NCBI GenBank assembly: GCA_018238545.1
Contig: JABCTC010000018.1
Coordinates: 6,310 to 70,309, forward strand
DNA length: 64,000 nucleotides
From: Candidatus Heimdallarchaeota archaeon
Lineage (GTDB): Archaea > Asgardarchaeota > Heimdallarchaeia > Heimdallarchaeales > Heimdallarchaeaceae
Direction: 5' to 3'
Below the pieces are notes generated by a model, which worked only from the letters and a program-made list of their open reading frames with translations, did not search any database and was not told the origin of the DNA. Below are positions 28,671-37,627 of this stretch, piece by piece; position 1 is the first letter of the stretch, and the number at the start of each line of letters is the position of its first letter. Both the position numbers and the translations under genes were made by a program.

Positions 28671-29651
28671 TTATTTTAACTCATCCAGTGCTTTATCTAT
28701 TAAACGTCGATGCTCTTTTAGCTGTTTCTTAAGAAACTCTATTGTGATGCTTTTTTCATCTTCATTTTCTATTTGATTAAGAAAGTGTTGGATAATTTCT
28801 GGTTTTTGTAGCAAAAAGCGTGGATTTGGAATTGACAAACCATGTTGTATCATCATTCGGCTAAATGGTCCTTTATGATGTCTTCCTCTTTTCATCATCA
28901 GTTTTTTCCTATTTTCAGAAGGTATTTCGTGTGCCAATTTTCTGAATAGATCCCTAAATGGATTGAGACACTCAAATTTTGTTTTATCTCCTTCTTCAAT
29001 AACATTATGCATTTCAATATGAAAAATAAAAGATGATATATCAATTAACGAAAGAATGGATCTATTCAGTGCCTTTGTTCCTAGTTCAGTTATCCCATAT
29101 ATTTTCTTTAACCGTCCACCCTTAATATCTTCTTTCAGAAGCTGAATAAGTCCATTTTTTTCTAAAGAATCTATAGCAGGATAAATTCCACTTACATTTG
29201 ACCAGATTGTTGAAGAAACATCTACTTCTTCTCTTGTTTCTTCCAAAGATTTTGTTATTTCTTCTAAATATTTCAAATCAACATCAATATCTGTAATAGA
29301 ATCTTTTGTGAATATTCTATTGAAATGTGGGTTAAATTTGAAAATAGGACAATTTTCTAATGATTCTCTAAGTTTTTCCTTTCTATCATCATATTCGGAA
29401 GTTCCGATATTTGTTTCAGTAGCAAAAGCATGTAATTCATTAGTAATCTGCAGAAGGTTATTAACAAAATCTATACCTTTCCTCTTTTGCATAAATAATA
29501 TATCTGATGCCTTAGATCGAATCTCATAAGCATGATCGCCTTCAGGATGACGAGCTAAATGAAGAAGAATTGCAATTTCACCAAGCCTTCTTGCAAGTTT
29601 CTCTTCAAATTTACTTATAGCATCATTTTTAGTTTTAGTCATTTTTTCCAC
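28671..29651 (-). CDS. PadR-like winged-helix transcriptional regulator (long form)
   Basis: EIAILLHLARHPEGDHAYEI resembles the PadR recognition helix (iL.lL...p.hGYei). SGIYPAIDSLEKNGLI...KKIYGITELGTKAL resembles the PadR wing and C-terminus (gtlYpaL.rLe..Gli...r.Y.iTe.G). It lies immediately upstream of the ABC exporter pair, as LmrR does with LmrCD. Confidence 0.5.
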   Translation of the reverse strand: MEKMTKTKNDAISKFEEKLARRLGEIAILLHLARHPEGDHAYEIRSKASDILFMQKRKGIDFVNNLLQITNELHAFATETNIGTSEYDDRKEKLRESLENCPIFKFNPHFNRIFTKDSITDIDVDLKYLEEITKSLEETREEVDVSSTIWSNVSGIYPAIDSLEKNGLIQLLKEDIKGGRLKKIYGITELGTKALNRSILSLIDISSFIFHIEMHNVIEEGDKTKFECLNPFRDLFRKLAHEIPSENRKKLMMKRGRHHKGPFSRMMIQHGLSIPNPRFLLQKPEIIQHFLNQIENEDEKSITIEFLKKQLKEHRRLIDKALDELK

Positions 29652-29932
29652 TTTTTATTATTTTATAAGATATCATAATTACCTAAATGATTAGTTCTAT
29701 CTATTGTGATTGAATAGCTAATTTCTTACTCACAGCTATTTTGCGAGCAGTAAATTATTGTATCATAACGCCTTCTTAGGGGTCATGATGGGTAGATATC
29801 CAGCTTTAACGAATTATTCAATTACATAGACACAATTCATCATATTCAGATTTCTGAATATTATAGAATGTGTAATATTTATAAATGTAGCTATCCATCA
29901 AAGCAATAAAAAATGAAAGAAAAGATTGAAGA

Positions 29933-30718
29933 TTAATCTACATCAGGAACGTAAGGTTCTTCACTTCTAATTAATTCAACAATTTCACTATATGCTTGTT
30001 TAACATCTACGTCCTCTCCGACTAAGAAGAAATGTAAGGAACCCTCTCCGTCACCAACTCCACCAGAACCTATGTGGAAAATATTTACGTCAGGATAGAG
30101 TATATCAAAAGCTTCCAATTCCGTAAATACTTCCCCAGGTATAGGCATTATTCCAATTGGTAAACCCATACAATATTCTGGATCTACTGTCTTACTACCC
30201 AAAATCTGGGAAAGTTCCCAAACACTGTCATCAATTGTTCTAGAAAGACTGATAGGCACAATAACATCAATACCTCTCGATATAGCATGAGGCAATATAC
30301 CACCAATTGTACCTCCTTCAGGATGAGCCATATAAACACCAGCAATCCCATCTGTTCCTAAAGTATTTCCACCTTTGAAGATAATATCTCCAGGTTCAAA
30401 TTTTTTAAGTTCGTCTTGAAGGCTTTCAATTTCTCTTTTTACTCCTTTCTCAAGAACAACTTCTTTCAAACGTTTTTCTACTTTCAAACCACCATATCTA
30501 TAGAGATCTTTTTTATCTCCAGTCATTTGACCTGCAACATAATGATTCTTTTCAAATGATTCACCTGTTAGTTCTTCCAGAACGTAAGCTGTTGTTGACC
30601 CTCGAGAAATGAAGATACGCCCATTTTCTTTGGCATGTTGTACCCCTGGGTGTTCCTTTAATCCCTTAGCAATAAGTCTTTTACATTCTGAATGAGTTAA
30701 AACGATTAATGCACGCAT
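29933..30718 (-). CDS. Hypothetical protein
   Basis: 261-aa ORF with Gly-rich motifs (GGTIGGILPH, HIGSGGVGDGEG). No family recognised. Confidence 0.4.
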   Translation of the reverse strand: MRALIVLTHSECKRLIAKGLKEHPGVQHAKENGRIFISRGSTTAYVLEELTGESFEKNHYVAGQMTGDKKDLYRYGGLKVEKRLKEVVLEKGVKREIESLQDELKKFEPGDIIFKGGNTLGTDGIAGVYMAHPEGGTIGGILPHAISRGIDVIVPISLSRTIDDSVWELSQILGSKTVDPEYCMGLPIGIMPIPGEVFTELEAFDILYPDVNIFHIGSGGVGDGEGSLHFFLVGEDVDVKQAYSEIVELIRSEEPYVPDVD

Positions 30719-30798
30719 GATTCATTTCAACAATTAGTTAATAAAAACATTTCTTCAGAAGGGACAAGAAATTCAGAGTGAGCCTAATAAAGAATTTG

Positions 30799-31311
30799 TC
30801 ACCTGATTTGTCCCCGCATCAATTTTTTATTATATTCTTGGGTCACTAGATAGGCATCTACATGACTCCACATTGCTAGAGCAAAAGCGAGAATAGGGAA
30901 TATGATAAATGCAACATACCAATAGTTGAAAATTGATAAGAAAACACCAGTTATTAAAGAATAGTAACCTGCCATGAAAGCCACCCCTCTTGCCGTTCTT
31001 CCAGCATAGATCTGTCCCAATCCTACAATAAGGAGGATATTAAGCAATAATGCTATACCTACACTTTTCTGTGAGTGATAAATTGGTGTTTGAGGAGCAT
31101 AAGCAGCAGGTTGAGCAGGGGATACAGGCTGTTGATATGTTTGCCTATGAGTTTGTTGAGGTGGAGGGGGGGTATAAACTTGTCTTTGGGGAGGAGGGGG
31201 CACATTACTTGTAGTAGCTCCACAGTTTTCGCAGAATTTTGTTCCTTTAAGCAACTTTGCTCCACAATCATCACAAAACATTTTTTCACTTGTCATTTTG
31301 CTACTCCTCAT
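30799..31311 (-). CDS. Zinc-ribbon / proline-rich / TM2-domain membrane protein
   Basis: N-terminal CDDCGAKLLKGTKFCENCGA (CxxC...CxxC), then PPPPQRQVYTPPPPQQ, then two TM helices around GLGQIYAGRTARG (TM2-domain-like (DRF)YLG loop). Confidence 0.6.
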   Translation of the reverse strand: MRSSKMTSEKMFCDDCGAKLLKGTKFCENCGATTSNVPPPPQRQVYTPPPPQQTHRQTYQQPVSPAQPAAYAPQTPIYHSQKSVGIALLLNILLIVGLGQIYAGRTARGVAFMAGYYSLITGVFLSIFNYWYVAFIIFPILAFALAMWSHVDAYLVTQEYNKKLMRGQIR

Positions 31312-31421
31312 AGTGAAATATTCAATTAATAAGTTTTATTATGAAATTGTACATGTTAAAAATAGAATCTAAGGTGACATTTTACACATTAAAAAATTGA
31401 AAAGAAAAAAAATAATTAAGT

Positions 31422-31910
31422 TTACCAATCATCATTTGATGTCGGAGGTCTACCGTTTTTCTCTAAGAATAGGTTATACTTTTTCGCAGTCTTGTAAGCA
31501 TCGATATGAGCATACAAAGCTATTACAATTGCACTGATTCCTCCAATAACCAAAAGAGCTATTGCAAGACCAAGGTTGTAATAAAAAACAAGAAGTATAA
31601 CATAACCCCCAGACATTACAAGACCACTAACAAAACCACCGGCTAATAGTCCAAGACCCTTACCTACTTTCCCTGCATATATATGCCCTAAACCCAACAT
31701 TACGAACCATGACAAAATTAGTGCTAGTATAGGTTCTTTTGGTTTATAGGGTGTTGGGGGAGGAGAATAAGGCTGTGTTCCCGAATATTGAATATTTGCT
31801 TGTTGAGGTTGAGCTTTAGCAGGTTGAGCAGCCACCCCACTATCTGCACCACAATTAGGACAAAACTTTGTTCCTTCAGGTAAATTCGCACCACAATTGT
31901 TACAATACAT
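31422..31910 (-). CDS. Zinc-ribbon / proline-rich / TM2-domain membrane protein (paralog)
   Basis: CNNCGANLPEGTKFCPNCGA, a Pro/Gln-rich linker, then GLGHIYAGKVGKGLGLL between two hydrophobic helices. Confidence 0.6.
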   Translation of the reverse strand: MYCNNCGANLPEGTKFCPNCGADSGVAAQPAKAQPQQANIQYSGTQPYSPPPTPYKPKEPILALILSWFVMLGLGHIYAGKVGKGLGLLAGGFVSGLVMSGGYVILLVFYYNLGLAIALLVIGGISAIVIALYAHIDAYKTAKKYNLFLEKNGRPPTSNDDW

Positions 31911-32081
31911 TTAATCACCATATCTATATTTGTTCTCGTAATTTGTGTTTATGGTATTTAATAAAGTTATTCAAACCAAAAACAAAAAGAAAAAATTTTC
32001 GGTAAACCTTTTTCTTTCATTTTTACAGCATACTTTTAATATGTTATACAGAATATACTATTCTGAGAATATAAAGATGGA

Positions 32082-32543
32082 ATGGATGTGAATTTGAACA
32101 CAAAGTCGAGGCTGAAAAACTTTACTGTACCTTCCAAACCACCGTTGTTACGCTTCACAATAATTGATTTAAGCGGGGTTACAGTTTATCACAGGTCATA
32201 CGTTAGTGAAGTCCTGGATGAAGTATTGTTTTCTGGTTTTAGTGCGGCTATGATTGCGTTTTCAAGAGAATTAGGGACACAACTATATTGTATCAAAATG
32301 GAAGGAGTTGATTATTATTTCAAAACTAAGGGAGATTTCATCTTTGTTGTAGGTATGTATCCTCGCGTTCGTTCACCTAGTGCTAAACGCTTTCTTAGAT
32401 TAATAGATAAAGAAATCAATTGGCAAGAGATTGACAAATATCTCAACAAAGCAATTCATTTTCAAACAGAGGAATTTGAGAAAAGAGTTGAACAAACTAT
32501 CTTAGATTTTCAAATCAGATTCAAACACATAATTAGAGATTAG
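32082..32543 (+). CDS. Hypothetical protein, possible roadblock/LC7 (MglB/longin-like) fold
   Basis: Pattern FTIIDLSGVTVYHRS...SGFSAAMIAFSRELG...LYCIKMEGVDYYFKTKGDFIFVV fits the roadblock beta-alpha-beta layout (vlvd.dG.via ... laa..aal ... i.ie.e.g.l...g...Lvv). Weak, and based on composition and pattern only. Confidence 0.35.
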   Translation: MDVNLNTKSRLKNFTVPSKPPLLRFTIIDLSGVTVYHRSYVSEVLDEVLFSGFSAAMIAFSRELGTQLYCIKMEGVDYYFKTKGDFIFVVGMYPRVRSPSAKRFLRLIDKEINWQEIDKYLNKAIHFQTEEFEKRVEQTILDFQIRFKHIIRD

Positions 32544-32646
32544 AATAATTCTAAACATTTTTATTTTGTAACAACAAAGTATCTCACTTGAAGGTGATAT
32601 AGTGTTAATAACAGCGCAAAAACCCTTAGAAATTCAGCCAAGAGAC

Positions 32647-33849
32647 ATGACAAACATCCTGAAATTTAAAGAAAAGAAGGAAATAACAGACATCAATGTT
32701 CGCAATAAACGTGTTTTAGTCAGAGTTGATTTCAACGTTCCTATGGATGAAGATGGCAACATAACTGATGATCGAAGAATAAGATATACTCTGCCAACCA
32801 TATATTATCTTCTAAATGAGAACTGTAAAATTATCCTGATGTCACATTGGGGACGACCAAAAGGAAAAATTGTTCCTTCATTAAAGATGGATGCTATTGC
32901 AAGAAGATTAAGAGAATTACTTCCACTCTATAGAATCTATAAAGCTGATAGTTGCATAGGAAAGGAAGTAAAAGAACTCTCAAATAAACTCAATCAACAG
33001 CAAATACTGTTATTAGAGAATACTCGGTTTTATCCAGAAGAAGTCAAAAATGGCGATGAACTTTCTCGTAAACTAGCTCTCCATGCTGATGTCTTCATTA
33101 ACGATGCTTTTGCAACAGCTCATAGGAAACATGCTAGCAACTGCGGAGTTGCAAAACATATTGAGGAAAAGGGATATGGGTTTCTAATGGCCAAAGAATT
33201 GAAGTTCCTCTCTTCAACTATAGCAGAACCTCAACGCCCTTTGACTGCAATAATAGGTGGAGTCAAGATAGAAGATAAGCTTCCAGCGATTAAGAATCTT
33301 ATTGGTTTAGCTGATAATATTCTAATTGGAGGAGGGTTGACTTACACTGTCCTTCTAGCACTGGGTCATGATGTTGGTAAATCAGTCAGAGATCTCAACA
33401 AAGTAGAGATAATAAAGCAATATCTAGAAGAAGCTAAAAAAGTTGGAACGAAGATATACATACCAAGTGATGTTATCGTAACTGAAGATCTAAGGAGAAT
33501 TGTTCCCGTAGAGACAGTCCCAATAAATAATATTCAAAAAAATCAAATTGGAGCGGATATCGGTCCTCAAACTATCCGAGAGTATAAGGAAGTCTTGGAG
33601 AATACTAAGGAAGTTCTTTGGACCGGACCTCTTGGAATATTTGAAACAAAAGAATTTGAGAAAGGAACTAGAGAACTTGCACAATTTCTTGTTGAGCAAA
33701 ACATAACTACTTTTGTGGGTGGGGGGGACTCTGCAGCAGCGTTTGAAAAGTTCGATTTCGAGAAGGACATCTCATTCGTTTCTACAGGTGGAGGAGCGTC
33801 TCTCGCTGTAATGAAAGGAGAACTTCTTCCAGCAATAGATTTTCTCTAA
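32647..33849 (+). CDS. pgk: Phosphoglycerate kinase
   Basis: KRVLVRVDFNVPMDEDGNITDDRRI, HWGRPKG, the hinge region and C-terminal GGGDSAAAF...STGGGASL are canonical PGK motifs. SD-like GGTGA lies upstream. The ORF opens at a GTG at 32602; the ATG at 32647 fits the family N-terminus. Confidence 0.92.
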   Translation: MTNILKFKEKKEITDINVRNKRVLVRVDFNVPMDEDGNITDDRRIRYTLPTIYYLLNENCKIILMSHWGRPKGKIVPSLKMDAIARRLRELLPLYRIYKADSCIGKEVKELSNKLNQQQILLLENTRFYPEEVKNGDELSRKLALHADVFINDAFATAHRKHASNCGVAKHIEEKGYGFLMAKELKFLSSTIAEPQRPLTAIIGGVKIEDKLPAIKNLIGLADNILIGGGLTYTVLLALGHDVGKSVRDLNKVEIIKQYLEEAKKVGTKIYIPSDVIVTEDLRRIVPVETVPINNIQKNQIGADIGPQTIREYKEVLENTKEVLWTGPLGIFETKEFEKGTRELAQFLVEQNITTFVGGGDSAAAFEKFDFEKDISFVSTGGGASLAVMKGELLPAIDFL

Positions 33850-33860
33850 TTCTATCTTAT

Positions 33861-34151
33861 TTATGTAACACAATCTGTATCTGTACCGGATTCTACTAAT
33901 GTATCATCAGTATCTGTCCAAGCAAAATGCACATCATTATTTGCATCATGGAATATACTTGGATGCCAAGAATGATCATTGCTAGATACCGATATTAAGT
34001 TTATAGGGGTCCAAAACCATGAAGAGTAACTATTATCTAAATCAATTTCCGAATTAGTTGTTATCTCGGTTGCACCATTACTGAGATTGATACTCTTAGT
34101 GCTGATGAATAACAAACCAATAATTATTACTGTCAGTATTGTTTTTTCCTT
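33861..34151 (-). pseudogene. Truncated remnant of a surface beta-propeller-repeat protein (fourth paralog of 55343/57292/61115 family)
   Basis: The translation ...ILTVIIIGL(L)FISTKSIN...SSWFWTPINLISVSS...NDVHFAWTDTDDTLVESGTDTD matches the paralog N-termini (SSWWWEPLELIST...IHIVW..DILGSGTD.D). There is no ATG or GTG upstream in frame, only TTG, and the stop comes after 84 codons. Confidence 0.4.
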
Positions 34152-34363
34152 TCAAAGAAACACCAATAGTAATTCTCCTTATCTTACTCAAAAGTCTTGC
34201 TCAAAAACTTACATTATACTGATTATTACAAAATTAAACCAGATTTATAAGTGCGTATGAAGTGTTTTATATAGAAGTTTTACGAATTCTAAGCTGTCTA
34301 CAATGTAAGAATTGGTCTTCTAATTTATATTGTTGTAACAGCACAAAACAAGGCGATTTATCG

Positions 34364-35200
34364 ATGAATATCAATAGTCCATCAGAAATTAAGTTGATTA
34401 AAAAAACTCTCCAAAACTACACTAAAGCATTTCAGAAATGGGATATTGGTAAGCTTGTTGTAGCCTTTCATCCTGAGGCAAAAATCGCCTGGTTTGTTCC
34501 TGAAAGAGGAGGATACATTTCTTCAATGTGCTATAGCTGGGTTAGAAGTTTTATTAAAAATAAAAAGGATAAACTTGTTATCGGTTATACCACATTCGAC
34601 GAAAATATCGATCAATCGGGATTAGCTGCTTATGTTAGGTTCAGATTCTTAATTGAAGATGGGGAGTATAGCAGAGATACTACAGATTATCTTACTCTCC
34701 TTAAATTTGGAGAGGATTGGAACATTGTTCACAAATCAGGGTTCACCATCGACAAACCAGTTGAAGAGATCATTAAATTAAAGGAAGAACCCACTGAAAC
34801 TAACAGAAATGTTCCTCAAGAATTAGAACTTATAACATTGAAGCTTAGATCCTACGTTGAAGCTTTTGATGAGTGGGATATTGAAAAAATTAGGTATGTC
34901 TTTCATCCAGAAGTTAGGGTAAATTATGTTGATGATGAGACAAATAAATTCAAGTGTCAGACTCGCTCAATTGGTGTTTGGAAAGAAGTTTTTGAATATC
35001 ATCAAAAAGATAATGTAAAATTCAAAACACAGATCGAATTTATTGACCAACTGGGAACCTCAGCAGTTGTAAGAATGCGTTGGTTAGCAACTAAAGAGAA
35101 TTTTAGAGTTGTTACAGTTGATTACTTAACTTTTCTGAAAATTGATGGTGATTGGTTAATAGTTAACAAAACCTGTCATTCGGAGGAAATCAAAGATTAA
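34364..35200 (+). CDS. Tandem NTF2-like (SnoaL / putative lumazine-binding-like) domain protein
   Basis: Two internal repeats (...YTKAFQKWDIGKLVVAFHPEA...DYLTLLKFGEDWNIV and ...YVEAFDEWDIEKIRYVFHPEV...DYLTFLKIDGDWLIV) typical of NTF2-like cone folds. The ORF opens at 34262; the Met at 34364 is the likely start. Confidence 0.5.
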   Translation: MNINSPSEIKLIKKTLQNYTKAFQKWDIGKLVVAFHPEAKIAWFVPERGGYISSMCYSWVRSFIKNKKDKLVIGYTTFDENIDQSGLAAYVRFRFLIEDGEYSRDTTDYLTLLKFGEDWNIVHKSGFTIDKPVEEIIKLKEEPTETNRNVPQELELITLKLRSYVEAFDEWDIEKIRYVFHPEVRVNYVDDETNKFKCQTRSIGVWKEVFEYHQKDNVKFKTQIEFIDQLGTSAVVRMRWLATKENFRVVTVDYLTFLKIDGDWLIVNKTCHSEEIKD

Positions 35201-35228
35201 ATTAAAAAAGCACTTAAGAGGAATTCAA

Positions 35229-35615
35229 ATGGGTAATATTAAAGAAATTAAAGAAACCATAGCAACTTATGTAGAGGGAGTAAAAGAATTTGATTTTATT
35301 AAAGCAGAATCAGCATGGTTTAAAGATGGCATAAAAATATCTTACAACACTGAAGATGATAACTTGGAAATGCTTAAAATGCTGGATTCAAGACCATCTG
35401 AAAAAATTAAAGAACTAGACATCCATCAAGAAGCAAATATTGAATTAATCGATGTAACCAATACAGCTGCTATTGTAATACTGCATTGGGTTCAAGTGTT
35501 TCAAGGTAAACATAAGCACTATGTTGATTATTTATCGCTTTTAAAAGACAAAAACAGATGGAAAATTGCCACTAAAGTTTCTGCAATTAAAGAAATTACG
35601 GTTAATCCATATTAG
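35229..35615 (+). CDS. NTF2-like domain protein (single-domain paralog of upstream gene)
   Basis: IKETIATYVEGVKEFDF...VDYLSLLKDKNRWKIATK shows the same repeat signature as 34364..35200. Confidence 0.5.
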   Translation: MGNIKEIKETIATYVEGVKEFDFIKAESAWFKDGIKISYNTEDDNLEMLKMLDSRPSEKIKELDIHQEANIELIDVTNTAAIVILHWVQVFQGKHKHYVDYLSLLKDKNRWKIATKVSAIKEITVNPY

Positions 35616-35750
35616 TTTCGAATTCTGCCAATTTTATTCAGTTACCTCAAGGGCAATCTTGAAAAATAGATATATCTTACTCAAATTGTCTAGAAAGAAA
35701 TATTCCTCTCTTATTTCTAAACGAGCTCGTAGGAAGAAGAAGGTAGTTTT

Positions 35751-37583
35751 ATGTCAACAAGAAAAATACTCAACGAAGTTCTTGACTTGATGGATGATAT
35801 CCATAGAATCGCCAATAATACCAATTGGAGTGATTATTCTGAAGTTAGAGTTAAAATTCTTGTTAACAGCAAAATGAACGAACTTAGACACGTTCTAGGA
35901 GAACTTCCTGAAACTGACGTATTTAATTCTGAAGAAGCATCAACCTTTTTTGAGAAAATTCTAGATAAAATCACTCGAATCTTAGGCAACCTACCCCAAG
36001 ATAAAATGCCTCTACAGTTTTATGAGTTAGAGATTTGGAGATTGAGATATGCGTCAATGTATGCTTTGCAATATGGTCAAGGAGGAGCTTTACAGGTAGC
36101 AGGAGCTGCTCATGCACTAGCTAATGTCCTTATCGGCATTGAAACAATGGATGTTCAAGAACTAATTGTTGATTGGGAACATCCTGAATTCGATAAAAGA
36201 AGAAAATTGATTCTTAATTATCTAAGCTCAGCTTATCTGTTCTTTTTCAGTTTATGTACATCATTAAACACCATCTATAAACATGATTTAGAGCACTGGG
36301 TTTCAGAAGGTTTCAAAGCAAGTACTCAATACATTCACTACATGGACGTCTATTGGGATGTTCCAAAAAACATTGCACATTACAAGAAGACACACAGAAA
36401 CGTTGCTGATCCCAATTATTCGCCATATTATGCAACATTTGCGGCAGTGGATTACATTATTACATTTCTTCTAGATCTGCAAAAATTCTTTTTCAATGAT
36501 AGTGTTAAAATAGACAATTTCAAGGAACTAGTCAATATAACTGAACCAGAGGCGTTTTTTGAATCTATAGAAGATTTATTAGCTAAAGCAGAATATTACG
36601 TTGCAGATTTTAAGAAACACGTCAAAGAAGGCTCTTTCGATTTAAATGAGGATCCTCTCAATGACGGTGATATCAAAGAAACTATCTACGAATTACAGGT
36701 GACAAAAGTATGGATAAAGGGATTAATTACTCTTTATAGAGCCGTAATTAAAGACATTTCCACTGAACTTCACGTATTAGAGAACACAGTTATTCCAGAA
36801 TTGTTCCAATATATTGACAAATATAAAGATTTATTCACTAAACCTGATTTCATCGAAAGCCAAATCGCAGATGGTATTAACTCAACAATTATTGAAATTC
36901 TTCTTTTCGCAGGGGCTGCTACCGTAAAATCAAAGAAGCGAAATCACATTGAAAAGATTGACAAAGATTATCATATGTTCTTTGCAGAAGATGGGATCAA
37001 ACGCTATCCAATTCTAAATGGTCTTTATACAACCCTTAAAGTTACTTTAGATATTGCAGATGAAGATTACTCTAAATTAGAAGAGTATGGTTACAGATTG
37101 AATAAATTATCAGATTTAACTCTTTATGAACCTCGCAATTCTTTTGCTTTTTCTCTTCTTGGAAATATGTTGCTCTTATTAGAAGGGGAACTGAGCAAAG
37201 AGGAATTCCTTCAATCAACAAAAGCCAAATTTGAAGAACTATTACCTTCATTCTCGGCGTGCATAATTTCAGAAATTGAAATCTATATTTCAAACCTAGA
37301 GTTAACTTTGAACGGAGAGCTAGCTTCATTTAACATGGGTAGATTACTATCACCAAAACATTATGATCCCTATTCAATTTTTGTTCCTGAAATCTCAAAA
37401 CTTGCTGCAGAAAGAAACTTAGGAGAATTGGTTTATCTTCCCTTTAATCTTCAATCAGATTATCTAACCGACGCAGATTTCCAACTAGCGGAAACAATTG
37501 TTCCTGCAAGTGCAGAAAAGGCAGATACTGTCGTAAAACCATCTGATACAACTTCAAACCTTAAATCAGACATCACAGATTAA
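35751..37583 (+). CDS. Hypothetical protein (610 aa)
   Basis: Long uninterrupted ORF, largely alpha-helical by composition. No motif recognised. Confidence 0.5.
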   Translation: MSTRKILNEVLDLMDDIHRIANNTNWSDYSEVRVKILVNSKMNELRHVLGELPETDVFNSEEASTFFEKILDKITRILGNLPQDKMPLQFYELEIWRLRYASMYALQYGQGGALQVAGAAHALANVLIGIETMDVQELIVDWEHPEFDKRRKLILNYLSSAYLFFFSLCTSLNTIYKHDLEHWVSEGFKASTQYIHYMDVYWDVPKNIAHYKKTHRNVADPNYSPYYATFAAVDYIITFLLDLQKFFFNDSVKIDNFKELVNITEPEAFFESIEDLLAKAEYYVADFKKHVKEGSFDLNEDPLNDGDIKETIYELQVTKVWIKGLITLYRAVIKDISTELHVLENTVIPELFQYIDKYKDLFTKPDFIESQIADGINSTIIEILLFAGAATVKSKKRNHIEKIDKDYHMFFAEDGIKRYPILNGLYTTLKVTLDIADEDYSKLEEYGYRLNKLSDLTLYEPRNSFAFSLLGNMLLLLEGELSKEEFLQSTKAKFEELLPSFSACIISEIEIYISNLELTLNGELASFNMGRLLSPKHYDPYSIFVPEISKLAAERNLGELVYLPFNLQSDYLTDADFQLAETIVPASAEKADTVVKPSDTTSNLKSDITD

Positions 37584-37627
37584 CTACAATATGAATATTT
37601 ATCAACTGAAATATTTTTCCTTTCAAC

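Noticed and set aside
29760-29880. Possible C/D-box sRNA (tcatgatgg ... ctga) in the 280-bp intergenic region upstream of 28671..29651
   Set aside because: The C box is imperfect (ATGATGG), the spacing is long, and no convincing C'/D' or terminal stem is visible. It is insufficient to call without a covariance search.
32082-32543. Calling 32082..32543 a longin/SNARE-like domain protein
   Set aside because: The pattern fits a roadblock/LC7-type alpha-beta fold about as well. Without a profile search the specific family cannot be assigned, so it is left as a low-confidence roadblock-like call.
35566-35790. 74-aa ORF overlapping the end of 35229..35615 and the start of 35751..37583
   Set aside because: Basic, low-complexity translation overlapping two better-supported genes. 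It is likely spurious.
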